Origin: Paracoccaceae bacterium
GTDB lineage: Bacteria > Pseudomonadota > Alphaproteobacteria > Rhodobacterales > Rhodobacteraceae
Reading direction: 5' to 3'
NCBI GenBank assembly: GCA_051646105.1
Contig: JBOFCO010000234.1
Location: forward strand, 14,000-77,999
Length of the DNA: 64,000 nt
In this document: one piece after another, positions 18,514 to 27,166 of the stretch
How the letters are laid out: every line of letters begins with the position of its first letter
Position numbering within the stretch: the first letter of the stretch is position 1
The notes under the pieces: model-generated
The model's database searches: none
Told to the model about the DNA's origin: nothing
The model's input: only the letters and a program-made list of their open reading frames with translations
Made by a program: the position numbers and the translations under genes

Positions 18514-19131
18514 ATGACCAAGACGGAATTTCCACCCTCGATCAAAAGCCGCCCGGTCTATGGCGTGCTTGAACCGCGCCCCGGACACCAGCACCTGATC
18601 GTCGCCGACGGCGAAGGTGCCGATGCCGTGACCGACCTTGTGGGCAGGGTCGAAGACCACGCCGCTATGCTGGCCGCCGCGCATATCCTTTACACGCCGG
18701 GACCGAACGGCACCGATCTCTCCACCCGGCTGGAAGCGCTGGGCGCCGCGCAGTTCTTTCGCGCTCCGTCGATCCCCACGCTGCTGCCACGCCTGCAAAG
18801 GGTCTTGTCCGATGCCCATATGGGCACGCAATTCTATCTGGCTGGTACGGAAGGGCTGATCGGGCAGGCAGAACGCGAAGTCATGCAGACCGGCTTTCCC
18901 TTTGCCGCGATCCAGAAGGAACATCGCGGATCGACCGTGCGCCGGGTGCAATGTGTGCATTGCAAGGGCATCACCGAAAATGTCGCGACCGACCCGTTCA
19001 AGTGCAGCCACTGTGGGTTGATGCTGTTTGTGCGGGATCACTACTCCCGCCGCCTTGCCGCTTTTCAGGGGGTGAACATCGATGCCGAGGAACCCGGCAA
19101 TATCCCCCAGCCGGTGGTGAGGTTCACATGA
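18514..19131 (+). CDS. dmmA: Dimethylamine monooxygenase subunit DmmA (small subunit with C-terminal CxxC...CxxC motif)
   Basis: 205 aa. C-terminal VQCVHCKGITENVATDPFKCSHCG four-Cys motif (zinc-ribbon/rubredoxin-like). Position between dmmD and dmmB. Confidence 0.7.
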   Translation: MTKTEFPPSIKSRPVYGVLEPRPGHQHLIVADGEGADAVTDLVGRVEDHAAMLAAAHILYTPGPNGTDLSTRLEALGAAQFFRAPSIPTLLPRLQRVLSDAHMGTQFYLAGTEGLIGQAEREVMQTGFPFAAIQKEHRGSTVRRVQCVHCKGITENVATDPFKCSHCGLMLFVRDHYSRRLAAFQGVNIDAEEPGNIPQPVVRFT

Positions 19132-20090
19132 GCGGCGGGGCAAAACTGCAAGTCCGCGTGGCCGAGGTGGTCGAGGTCAACGACCTGATAAAGCGCTTTC
19201 GTTTCGTGCCGCGTGATGGTGGGCAGCTTCCGGCGTTTTCCGGTGGCGCGCATACCGTGGTCGAGATGGACGACAACGGCACCCGCCGCCTGAACCCCTA
19301 TTCGCTGATGAGCGATCCGGAAGACCGGAGCGGCTACGAAATCTCTGTCCGGCGCGACGATCAGGGGCGGGGCGGATCGCTCTACATGCACCGCCACGTC
19401 AAACCAGGCATGGATATGGTGCTGTCACATCCGGTCAATCTTTTCCCTCTCGACAACCGGGCGAAGAAGCATCTGATGATTGCGGGCGGCATCGGCATCA
19501 CGCCGTTCCTTGCCCAGATCGCGCAGCTTTCGCATTTCGGCGGCAGGTTCGAGCTGCATTATTCCGCCCGCTCGCGCCCGCTGGGTGCCTATATGGACCG
19601 TCTGACTGCGACGCATCCCACCTCGGTGCATTGTTACTTTGATGACGACAAGCAGATGATCGACCTGTCGCGCATCCTGTCGATGCAGCCGATGGGCACA
19701 CATCTTTATGTCTGCGGGCCAAAGGGAATGATCGGCTGGGTTCTGTCCACCGCCGAAAGGATGGGCTGGCCTGCCAAGGCCCTGCATCACGAGGAATTCC
19801 TTGCCCCCGGAACCGGCCTGCCCTTTACCGTCGAACTGGCGGCATCGGGCAAGGTGCTGACCGTTGGCACCACGCAATCCCTGCTGGAGGCGATCGAGGC
19901 AGCGGGTGTGGATGCGCCCTATCTGTGCCGGGGCGGGGCCTGCGGGCAATGCGAAACCAATGTGATCCGCTGCGACGGCACCATCCTGCACCGCGACCAC
20001 TGGCTGACGCCGGAGGAACAGGCGGCAGGGCAGAAGATCATGCCTTGTGTATCGCGGTTCGAGGGCAGGACCCTCGTCATTGACCGATAG
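19128..20090 (+). CDS. dmmB: Dimethylamine monooxygenase reductase subunit DmmB (FNR-like flavin/NAD(P)H domains plus plant-type 2Fe-2S)
   Basis: The ATG at 19128 overlaps the dmmA stop (ATGA). NAD-binding HLMIAGGIGITPFLA. C-terminal CRGGACGQCETNVIRC...C ferredoxin motif. Confidence 0.8.
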   Translation: MSGGAKLQVRVAEVVEVNDLIKRFRFVPRDGGQLPAFSGGAHTVVEMDDNGTRRLNPYSLMSDPEDRSGYEISVRRDDQGRGGSLYMHRHVKPGMDMVLSHPVNLFPLDNRAKKHLMIAGGIGITPFLAQIAQLSHFGGRFELHYSARSRPLGAYMDRLTATHPTSVHCYFDDDKQMIDLSRILSMQPMGTHLYVCGPKGMIGWVLSTAERMGWPAKALHHEEFLAPGTGLPFTVELAASGKVLTVGTTQSLLEAIEAAGVDAPYLCRGGACGQCETNVIRCDGTILHRDHWLTPEEQAAGQKIMPCVSRFEGRTLVIDR

Positions 20091-20099
20091 GAGAGGAAG

Positions 20100-21170
20100 A
20101 TGAGCCTCGATTTCAGGCCCGGTGCGTTCAGCGAGTTTTTCCGCGACGAAACTTTCCGCGATGATTTCACCTATCGCAATTCGGCCGAGGGCATCCGCCG
20201 CTTTCCGTTCCCGTTTGACCGCGACGACTACATGTATTCGGTCAACATGGAACCGCATGTGTCGGGGCGAAAGGGATCGGTTTTCGAACACGCCTTCGAT
20301 GTCGATGAACATTACGTCGCCGAAATGATCGACCGCGCCAAGGTTCTGGCCGAAGATCCGCTGCGCTGTCAGTCGCTGCCGCACATGGCGCTGGCGGGTT
20401 GGGATCTGCTGGAACTCATCATGGAATCCAAGGCGCGGGACTATCCGCAGTGGTTCAGCCTTGAACAGAACGGTAACCGCTGGCGCTGGATCAACCGACC
20501 CTTGGGCATCGATCACAGCTTTACCTTCCTTGACGACTCCACGCTGCCGTATGGCCCGTTCGAATACATCACCCGCCAGACCCAGGGCGACTTCACCCTT
20601 CAGGACGAACGCGACAACGATCTGTGGATGGATGCCGGCATCGCCACATCGCAGGCCGACTGGTCGGTGGATTTCGACATCGGGATGAGCTTCATGGAAT
20701 GGCACGCCCCGGTGCCGCTGGCGCACGAAAAGGGCGTGTTCGACCGGGCGCTGAAATTTCTGCTGAAATTGCAGCATGGGTCACCTGTCCGGCGTTTCAA
20801 CTGGACGATGACGGTAAACCCGTTGCTGGACACGGCACCCGAAACCTATCCGAAATGGGGGCCGACGCGCACGACGCTGACGCAGGCCAATATGGGTGAC
20901 AAGATGCACCTGCGGGTCGAATTGCAGGCCCTGTTCCGGCTGCCGCGGTCTAACGCCATCGCCTTTTCGATCCGCTGCTACCTTGGCAAGTTCGAGGAGC
21001 TGGTGACGGTGCCAAAATGGGGCCGTCGTCTGCACCGGGTGGTGCGCGATCTGCATCCCGATCTGGCGGCCTACAAGGGTTTCCTCCGCAACCGGGATGC
21101 GATGGCCGAATGGCTGTCAAAGTATGATGACGGCAAGCCGACATCGCCCGGTTGGTGGCCAGAGGATTGA
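20100..21170 (+). CDS. dmmC: Dimethylamine monooxygenase catalytic subunit DmmC (DUF3445 / haem-dependent oxidative N-demethylase alpha-like)
   Basis: 356 aa. Position and size match DmmC. The family assignment rests on recognition of the N-terminal FRDDFTYRNSAEGIRRFPFPFDRDDYMYSVN region and on operon context. Confidence 0.75.
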   Translation: MSLDFRPGAFSEFFRDETFRDDFTYRNSAEGIRRFPFPFDRDDYMYSVNMEPHVSGRKGSVFEHAFDVDEHYVAEMIDRAKVLAEDPLRCQSLPHMALAGWDLLELIMESKARDYPQWFSLEQNGNRWRWINRPLGIDHSFTFLDDSTLPYGPFEYITRQTQGDFTLQDERDNDLWMDAGIATSQADWSVDFDIGMSFMEWHAPVPLAHEKGVFDRALKFLLKLQHGSPVRRFNWTMTVNPLLDTAPETYPKWGPTRTTLTQANMGDKMHLRVELQALFRLPRSNAIAFSIRCYLGKFEELVTVPKWGRRLHRVVRDLHPDLAAYKGFLRNRDAMAEWLSKYDDGKPTSPGWWPED

Positions 21171-21177
21171 TGCCACG

Positions 21178-22182
21178 ATGACTGCTGACGCGCCCCTTCG
21201 GCTTGGCTTTCTGATGTTCCCGGGGTTCCCGATGGCCTGTCTGACATCAGCCATCGAGCCCCTGCGGGCAGCCAACGAAATCAGCGGGCGAAGGGAGTTC
21301 GACTGGAAGCTGCTGGGGGAAAGCCTCTCCCCCGTCCGCTCCTCTGCCGACCTGCGGTTTGAACCGGACGTTACCTTGGCCCAGTGCCCTGATCTGGATC
21401 AGCTTTACCTGCTGTCGCCACCTACCGGCAGCTTTGCCGACCTGCGCCGCAGCCCGGCCCGGTTGCGCTGGCTGGATCGCACGGGTGTCGCGATCGGTGC
21501 CTTTTCCGGCGGTATATTCCCGTTAGCCCGCGCCGGCCTGATGGAGGGCCGCCGCTGTTCCGTGCATTGGTGTTATGACGCGGCGTTCAAGGCAGAATTT
21601 CCCAAGGTGCAGGCCAGCGAGGCCGTCATCCTGCGGGAAGGGCGGCGTATCACCGCATCTGGCGCTGGCGCGGTCTTTGACCTGATGCTGCGACTGATCG
21701 AGGAGCGTCTGGGGCGCGCAACGATGACGGAAGTCGCCTGCTGGTTCCAGCATCCTTTCGTGCGGAATGAAGATGCCAGCCAGAAGGTGCCGGTGGCCCG
21801 CGCCGGAAACACCGCCGATGCCCTTCCATCCACGATCCGCGAGGCGATCCGGCTGTTTGAAAACCATGTCGAAGACCCCTTGCGCATCCCGGATGTGGCA
21901 GCAGCCGTCGGTTTGTCAGGGCGGCATTTCGAGCGCCTTTTCAAACGCGAAACCGGGCAAAGTCCCTTGCGCTACTATCACCGCCTGCGGCTGGCCAAGG
22001 CGCGGCAAAGGGTGCTCTATTCCAACGACACACTGCGCGACATTGCGGCATCGGTCGGTTATCTGACATCCGGCCCGATGATCCGGCACTACACCGATCT
22101 GTTCGGGGTCAGCCCACGGGACGAGCGCCGCCTGACATCAGGCTTGCGGCACCTGACCGCGCCGTCGGTCGCGGCGGAATAG
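21178..22182 (+). CDS. GlxA-family transcriptional regulator (DJ-1/PfpI-like domain plus AraC HTH)
   Basis: LRLGFLMFPGFPMACLTSAIEPLRAANE N-terminal amidotransferase-like fold. C-terminal AraC HTH (LSGRHFERLFKRETGQSPLRYYHRLRLAKARQ...IAASVGY). Start at aa 28 of ORF 21097..22182, 8 nt after the dmmC stop. Confidence 0.85.
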   Translation: MTADAPLRLGFLMFPGFPMACLTSAIEPLRAANEISGRREFDWKLLGESLSPVRSSADLRFEPDVTLAQCPDLDQLYLLSPPTGSFADLRRSPARLRWLDRTGVAIGAFSGGIFPLARAGLMEGRRCSVHWCYDAAFKAEFPKVQASEAVILREGRRITASGAGAVFDLMLRLIEERLGRATMTEVACWFQHPFVRNEDASQKVPVARAGNTADALPSTIREAIRLFENHVEDPLRIPDVAAAVGLSGRHFERLFKRETGQSPLRYYHRLRLAKARQRVLYSNDTLRDIAASVGYLTSGPMIRHYTDLFGVSPRDERRLTSGLRHLTAPSVAAE

Positions 22183-22194
22183 GAGAACGGCATC

Positions 22195-24573
22195 ATGCTT
22201 GACCTTCCCTATCCCCATGTCACGCCGGGGCCGCCACGGCCCAGCCGCATCCTGCTGCCGCGCGATCTGGAAAGGCATCATGGCCGCGAACGCCATGTGG
22301 TTCCCGGCGGCGGTGCCAGCCTGATCGCGATCCAGACCGGAGACCGGCTGATCGTGGTGAATGACGAAGGTGGCCAGCCTGCGGAAATCGTTGTGGCGGC
22401 AAAGGACGGGCGCATCGATCCCGCCATTCTGGGGCAGGTACCGAACTCTGATGCTGGCGGGTTGAAGGCCATGCTGGCGCTGGGCGATCTGGCGGGCGAA
22501 GGGATGTCGCGGCTGCGCAGGGGCATAGCGACGCGCGGCGTCGATCTGGCAAAGGCGGGCGGGCTGCGGCTTTTTGGCGGCGACAGTCCCGCTGGCACCA
22601 GCGCCGAATTTACCGCGATTGATGATGGCTGGCTGATCCTTGCCGCGCCGGGCGCGCCCATGATGCCGGAGGCGCAGGATACGGCCACGTCGCTGACCTT
22701 GATGATCCAGCGTGCCAATCTCCGCGCCACCCGCAGATACGATCTTCCCGATCCGCTGGCTGATCCCGTGCTTGATCTGCGGGTCAAATCGGCGACCGCC
22801 GAGGCTTATTTCGTAAAGGCGGGGGATTACATCCAGATCCTGGATGTGGATGGGCGGCAATGCACCGATTTCCAGTGTTTCGATGCCCGCAAGCTGGACA
22901 GGGGTATCCAGCACCCGCTGGATGTCACCACATCGCGCACCTTGATGGGTCATGCCTATTCGATGCCGGGCCTGCACTCGAAATACTATGATCACGACTG
23001 GGTGCCACTTGTCGAAGTGGTGCAGGATACCGTGGGCCGCCACGACGCCTTTGCGCTGGCCTGTTCGGCAAAATACTATGACGAGATCGGCTATCCGGGT
23101 CATGTCAACTGTTCTGACAATTTCAATGCGGCGCTTTCGTCTTATGGCGTAACCGCGCGTCCCGGCTGGATGGCGGTGAACCTGTTTTTCAACACCGCCA
23201 TCGATGCGCATGGCACGCTGATTTCCGATGAGCCGTGGAGCAGGCCCGGCGATTACGTGCTATTTCGCGCGCTGACGGATATCGTCTGCGTCAACTCCGC
23301 ATGCCCTGATGACACCTCTCCCGCCAACGGCTGGTATCTGTCGGATATTCATGTGCGCACCTATTCCGGCGCGGAAAAATTCAGCCGCGCCATCGCCTAT
23401 CGCCCCACCCCAGATGCGGAGCCGAAGATGACCAGGGAAACCGCCTTTCATCAGCGGATCACTGAAAAGACCCGGCACATGGTCGAATATCGCGGCTATT
23501 GGTTGCCGCAGGTCTATGCGCAGAACGGTACGATCGAGGAATACTGGGCCTGCCGCGAAAAGGCGGTGGTGCTGGACCTGTCCCCCCTGCGCAAGTTCGA
23601 GGTAACGGGGCCTGATGCGGAAGCGCTGATGCAATATGTGCTGACCCGCGACATGAAGAAGCTGTCGCAGGGGCAGGTCGTCTATTCCGCCATGTGCTAC
23701 GAACACGGCGGCATGATCGACGACGGCACGGTGTTCCGCCTTGGCCGCGACAATTTCCGCTGGATCGGCGGTGACGATTTCGGCGGAATATGGCTGCGCA
23801 ACTGGGCTGAAAAGCTGGGGTTGAAGGTGATGGTGCGGTCGTCGACCGACCAGTTGCACAACCTTGCGGTACAAGGGCCGAACAGCCGGGAAATCATGCG
23901 TCGCACGGTGTGGACCGCGCCGCACCAGCCGACGGTGGAGGAACTGGGTTGGTTCCGCTTTGCCGTTGGCCGGATCGGTGGGCCGAACGGCGCGCCGGTG
24001 GTCGTGTCGCGCACCGGCTATACCGGCGAACTGGGGTATGAGGTGTTCTGCCACCCCAAGGACGGCAATGAAGTTTACGACGCAATCTGTGCGAATGGAG
24101 ACGACCAGGGCCTGCGCCCGATGGGCCTTGCAGCGCTGGACATGGTGCGGATCGAAGCGGGGCTGATCTTTGCGGGCTACGACTTCACAGATCAGACCGA
24201 CCCGTTCGAGGCGGGCATCGGGTTCACCGTGCCCCTGAAAACCAAACCCGACGATTTCATCGGTCGCGAGGCGCTGATCCGCCGCAAGGAACACCCGAGC
24301 CGCAAACTCGTCGGGCTGGACATCGACGGCAATGTCGATGTGGGCCACGGCGATTGCCTGCATGTCGGGCGCGCGCAGGTGGGCGAGGTCACCTCTGCCA
24401 TGCGCTCACCGCTTCTGGGCAAGAACATCGCGCTGGCCCGCGTCGATGTCACCCATGCCGATGTCGGAACGGCGGTCGAGGTCGGCAAGCTCGACGGCCA
24501 GCAAAAGCGGCTTCCGGCGATGATCGTACCGCTGTCGCATTACGACCCGAAAAAGACCCGCCCGCAAAGCTGA
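22195..24573 (+). CDS. tdm: Trimethylamine N-oxide demethylase (DUF1989 N-terminal half plus GcvT-like tetrahydrofolate-binding C-terminal half)
   Basis: 792 aa. N-terminal DUF1989-like region (YFVKAGDYIQILDVDGRQCTDFQCFDA...GDYVLFRALTDIVCV) fused to an aminomethyltransferase-like region (VVLDLSPLRKFEVTGPDA, SRTGYTGELGYEVF). This is the architecture described for Tdm. Confidence 0.85.
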   Translation: MLDLPYPHVTPGPPRPSRILLPRDLERHHGRERHVVPGGGASLIAIQTGDRLIVVNDEGGQPAEIVVAAKDGRIDPAILGQVPNSDAGGLKAMLALGDLAGEGMSRLRRGIATRGVDLAKAGGLRLFGGDSPAGTSAEFTAIDDGWLILAAPGAPMMPEAQDTATSLTLMIQRANLRATRRYDLPDPLADPVLDLRVKSATAEAYFVKAGDYIQILDVDGRQCTDFQCFDARKLDRGIQHPLDVTTSRTLMGHAYSMPGLHSKYYDHDWVPLVEVVQDTVGRHDAFALACSAKYYDEIGYPGHVNCSDNFNAALSSYGVTARPGWMAVNLFFNTAIDAHGTLISDEPWSRPGDYVLFRALTDIVCVNSACPDDTSPANGWYLSDIHVRTYSGAEKFSRAIAYRPTPDAEPKMTRETAFHQRITEKTRHMVEYRGYWLPQVYAQNGTIEEYWACREKAVVLDLSPLRKFEVTGPDAEALMQYVLTRDMKKLSQGQVVYSAMCYEHGGMIDDGTVFRLGRDNFRWIGGDDFGGIWLRNWAEKLGLKVMVRSSTDQLHNLAVQGPNSREIMRRTVWTAPHQPTVEELGWFRFAVGRIGGPNGAPVVVSRTGYTGELGYEVFCHPKDGNEVYDAICANGDDQGLRPMGLAALDMVRIEAGLIFAGYDFTDQTDPFEAGIGFTVPLKTKPDDFIGREALIRRKEHPSRKLVGLDIDGNVDVGHGDCLHVGRAQVGEVTSAMRSPLLGKNIALARVDVTHADVGTAVEVGKLDGQQKRLPAMIVPLSHYDPKKTRPQS

Positions 24574-24582
24574 AGGCGTGCC

Positions 24583-24966
24583 ATGAAAACCATGATCGAC
24601 CGGATCGGCGGGGAAGAGAAGGTTCACGAACTGGTCGACCATTTCTACGACCTGATCGAAACCCTGCCGCAGGGCGAGGCGATCCTGACCATGCACCTGA
24701 AAGGGCATGGGTTAAGCCATGCGCGCCCGGAACAATTCGCCTTTCTCTGCGGGTTTTTCGGCGGGCGGCGATATTACCACGAACGCCACGGCCACATGAA
24801 CCTGCGCGAAATCCATCAGCATGTGGAAATCCGGGCCGAGGATGCCGAAAACTGGCTGGCGGTGATGGATATGGCGATGACCGATACCGGCGTGGCGGAA
24901 CCGATGAAATCGCAGATAGCGGCCACCTTTCACCGCGCGGCAATGACATTGGTCAACGTCGGCTGA
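24583..24966 (+). CDS. Truncated haemoglobin (group II/III-like globin)
   Basis: 127 aa. MIDRIGGEEKVHELVDHFYDLIE... is the typical trHb N-terminus. FAFLCGFFGGRRYYHERHGHMNLREIH contains the proximal-His region. It starts 9 nt after the tdm stop. Confidence 0.75.
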   Translation: MKTMIDRIGGEEKVHELVDHFYDLIETLPQGEAILTMHLKGHGLSHARPEQFAFLCGFFGGRRYYHERHGHMNLREIHQHVEIRAEDAENWLAVMDMAMTDTGVAEPMKSQIAATFHRAAMTLVNVG

Positions 24967-25126
24967 TGGAGATGGGCGACAGTCTTATCCGGGTCATCGA
25001 GGGCGCTTGATGCGCCCCGCGCATTGCGCCGCGTAAAGGTATCATGCCCCCGGCACCCGCAGATCAATCATATCGACCGGCAGGCCCATTGCGCACCCAA
25101 CCAGCACTGTCCTGTCCGATATTTGA

Positions 25127-25996
25127 CTATTGCCCTGTGACCACGGGGATGCGCGGCTGTGCAGTGTCTTTCTGCAACCGCGCCGCCAGCGCCACGCACA
25201 GCGCCTGTGCAAGACACATCGGGGCCGCGAGTGACCGCGAAAAGGTGTATTCATGTTCCGGCACCGCCAGAAGTACCTGTGCCAGCTTGGAAAACGGCGA
25301 CAGAGTGCTGTCGGTGATTGCAATGATAGGAACGCCCCTTGCGGCGGTTTCTTCCGCAGCGTTCACCACCTCTGTCGCGTAAAAGCGGAACGAGACAAGG
25401 AACAGGATATCCGTGGGCCGCGCGGCCTTGGCCATATGGGTGGCAAGGCCGCCGCTGGCATCCAGAAGGACGGTGCGCTTGCCCAGCATAGTCAGCACGT
25501 AACGCAGCAGATCGACGACAGGGGCAGATCGCAACTGCCCGATCAGGTAGATCGTATCAGCCTTTTCCATCAGATCCGCTGCTGTTGCCACCGCAGCAGC
25601 ATCGGTGTTGGCAAGAAGATCCTGAAGCGAGGCGACATCGCGAGCCACCAGATCGCGCAGAAAGCCAAGATCGCCTTCACGCGCGCCTCCCAACTCTGCC
25701 TCAAGCGCCTTGACCCGGGCATCAAAACCCGGTGCAGCAGTAGACAGACGGCGCCGGAACACCGCCTGCAGCTCCTTGAACCCCTTGTAGCCCAGCGACT
25801 GTGCATATCGCACGAAGCTGGAGGCATGGATCCCGCATTTCTGTCCGATGGCATTGACGGAAAGGACCGCGACATCGTTCGGGTTCTGCGTCAGATAGAG
25901 CGCGATCTTCTGGTATGAGTTCGACATGTTGTCATACCGGTCGTGGATCAGCCGGATCAGCTCTTCGTAGGAGTCCGGCGGGCGATAGGGCGACAT
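25127..25996 (-). CDS. MurR/RpiR-family transcriptional regulator (HTH_6 plus SIS domain)
   Basis: YQKIALYLTQNPNDVAVLSVNAIGQKCGIHASSFVRYAQSLGYKGFKELQ HTH. SIS-type IYLIGQLRSAPVV. Start taken at MSPYRPP (aa 24 of ORF 25127..26065). Confidence 0.85.
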   Translation of the reverse strand: MSPYRPPDSYEELIRLIHDRYDNMSNSYQKIALYLTQNPNDVAVLSVNAIGQKCGIHASSFVRYAQSLGYKGFKELQAVFRRRLSTAAPGFDARVKALEAELGGAREGDLGFLRDLVARDVASLQDLLANTDAAAVATAADLMEKADTIYLIGQLRSAPVVDLLRYVLTMLGKRTVLLDASGGLATHMAKAARPTDILFLVSFRFYATEVVNAAEETAARGVPIIAITDSTLSPFSKLAQVLLAVPEHEYTFSRSLAAPMCLAQALCVALAARLQKDTAQPRIPVVTGQ

Positions 25997-26316
25997 ATCG
26001 GGTTCTTCCTTTCGCGGACCAGCGGCATCCGCGAATATGGAGCATGTCGCAGCAAAGCTTGTCAATTACGGCGCAATGCAAGGATCAGTGCGATTTGACC
26101 CTGGCGGGAATCGTATCGCATCGGGCGATCCGTCAACGTCTCAGCCTGAGGCCCAGCCGGGCTGACAGCACACAAACACGGATATCCTACTGCATAGGTA
26201 TTCGCAGAATGACGCGAATTGATGCAGTGTCATGGCCAGCGCGGATTTTCCTGTTGCCGGTCGCGGTGATGGGCGGCATCCGTACGGGACAGCAATCTGC
26301 CGCATTGGGGTTTCCG

Positions 26317-27105
26317 ATGAAAAAGACCGATGTCCACACCCTGCTGTCCGAAAAGGGCAAGCGGAAATGGGTGCAGCTTCATGTCGACACCGCGGCCGAG
26401 GCCGCCGCAGCGGTGGAGGCAGGCATCGTTATCCTGTCCTGTGAAGCAGGCCCGGTGCTTGAGGCCGTGCGTGCCGCCGCGCCCACGGCATTTGTCTCTG
26501 CCGGTGTGCCGCATGGCATGATGACAAGTGCAGAAGACGCATTGCGCATCGGTTTCGCCACGCTGCAACAGGGGGCGGATGCGGTTTATGTTTCGCAGTC
26601 GCCCTGGATGATTGAAACTATGGCGCGAGAGGGTATTCCTGTGACCGGCCACGTCGGGCTTGTGCCCAACCTGGCTGCCTGGACCGGCTTCCGTGCCGTG
26701 GGGCGCACCGCAGAGGAGGCATTCGCCGTTGTGCGCAAGGTCAGGGATATCGAAAACGCAGGCGCCGCGTGCCTGGAGGTCGAGGTCGTGCCGGTGGAAC
26801 TTGCCGACCGGATCACACGGGCGACGCCGATGGTGACCATGGGTATGGGGTGCGGCACGGCTTGCGATACGCAGTATCTGTTTTCCTGCGACGTGCTGGG
26901 CACCAATACCGGGCATTATCCGCGCCACGCCAAACGCTATGCCGATTTCGCCGCGCTGGAGGCCGAGTTGCAGCAGAAGCGGGTCGCGACATTCCGTGCT
27001 TTTGCCGAGGATGTGTCGACCGGTGGCTATCCGCAGGCCGGGCATGAAATCCATATGGACGATGCGACGCGCGAACAGTTCGAAAAGCTGGCACAAACGC
27101 TCTGA
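26317..27105 (+). CDS. 3-methyl-2-oxobutanoate hydroxymethyltransferase (PanB)-family protein, probable paralogue
   Basis: 262 aa from MKKTDVHTLL. PanB/isocitrate-lyase-superfamily pattern (GHVGLVPNLAAWTGFRAVGRT, VTMGMGCGTACDTQYLFSCDVLG). The N-terminal 134 aa of ORF 25915..27105 overlap the divergent promoter and are rejected. Confidence 0.7.
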   Translation: MKKTDVHTLLSEKGKRKWVQLHVDTAAEAAAAVEAGIVILSCEAGPVLEAVRAAAPTAFVSAGVPHGMMTSAEDALRIGFATLQQGADAVYVSQSPWMIETMAREGIPVTGHVGLVPNLAAWTGFRAVGRTAEEAFAVVRKVRDIENAGAACLEVEVVPVELADRITRATPMVTMGMGCGTACDTQYLFSCDVLGTNTGHYPRHAKRYADFAALEAELQQKRVATFRAFAEDVSTGGYPQAGHEIHMDDATREQFEKLAQTL

Positions 27106-27166
27106 CCTTGTAGAAAGCGCATGATTGACGCAATCTGAGCAGATTGGTTCAGATTGAGCAATACCG

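Noticed and set aside
19425-20777. 450-aa minus-strand ORF antisense to dmmB/dmmC
   Set aside because: It spans two well-supported plus-strand genes, and its composition is Arg/Gly/Ala-rich with no family resemblance.
22138-24363. Two long minus-strand ORFs (357 aa and 367 aa) antisense to tdm
   Set aside because: Shadow frames. The plus strand encodes a continuous DUF1989-GcvT fusion typical of Tdm.
25915-26316. 134-aa N-terminal extension of the PanB-like ORF
   Set aside because: It overlaps the divergent RpiR gene start and promoter and has no PanB homology. MKKTDVHTLL at 26317 gives a normal-length PanB-family protein.
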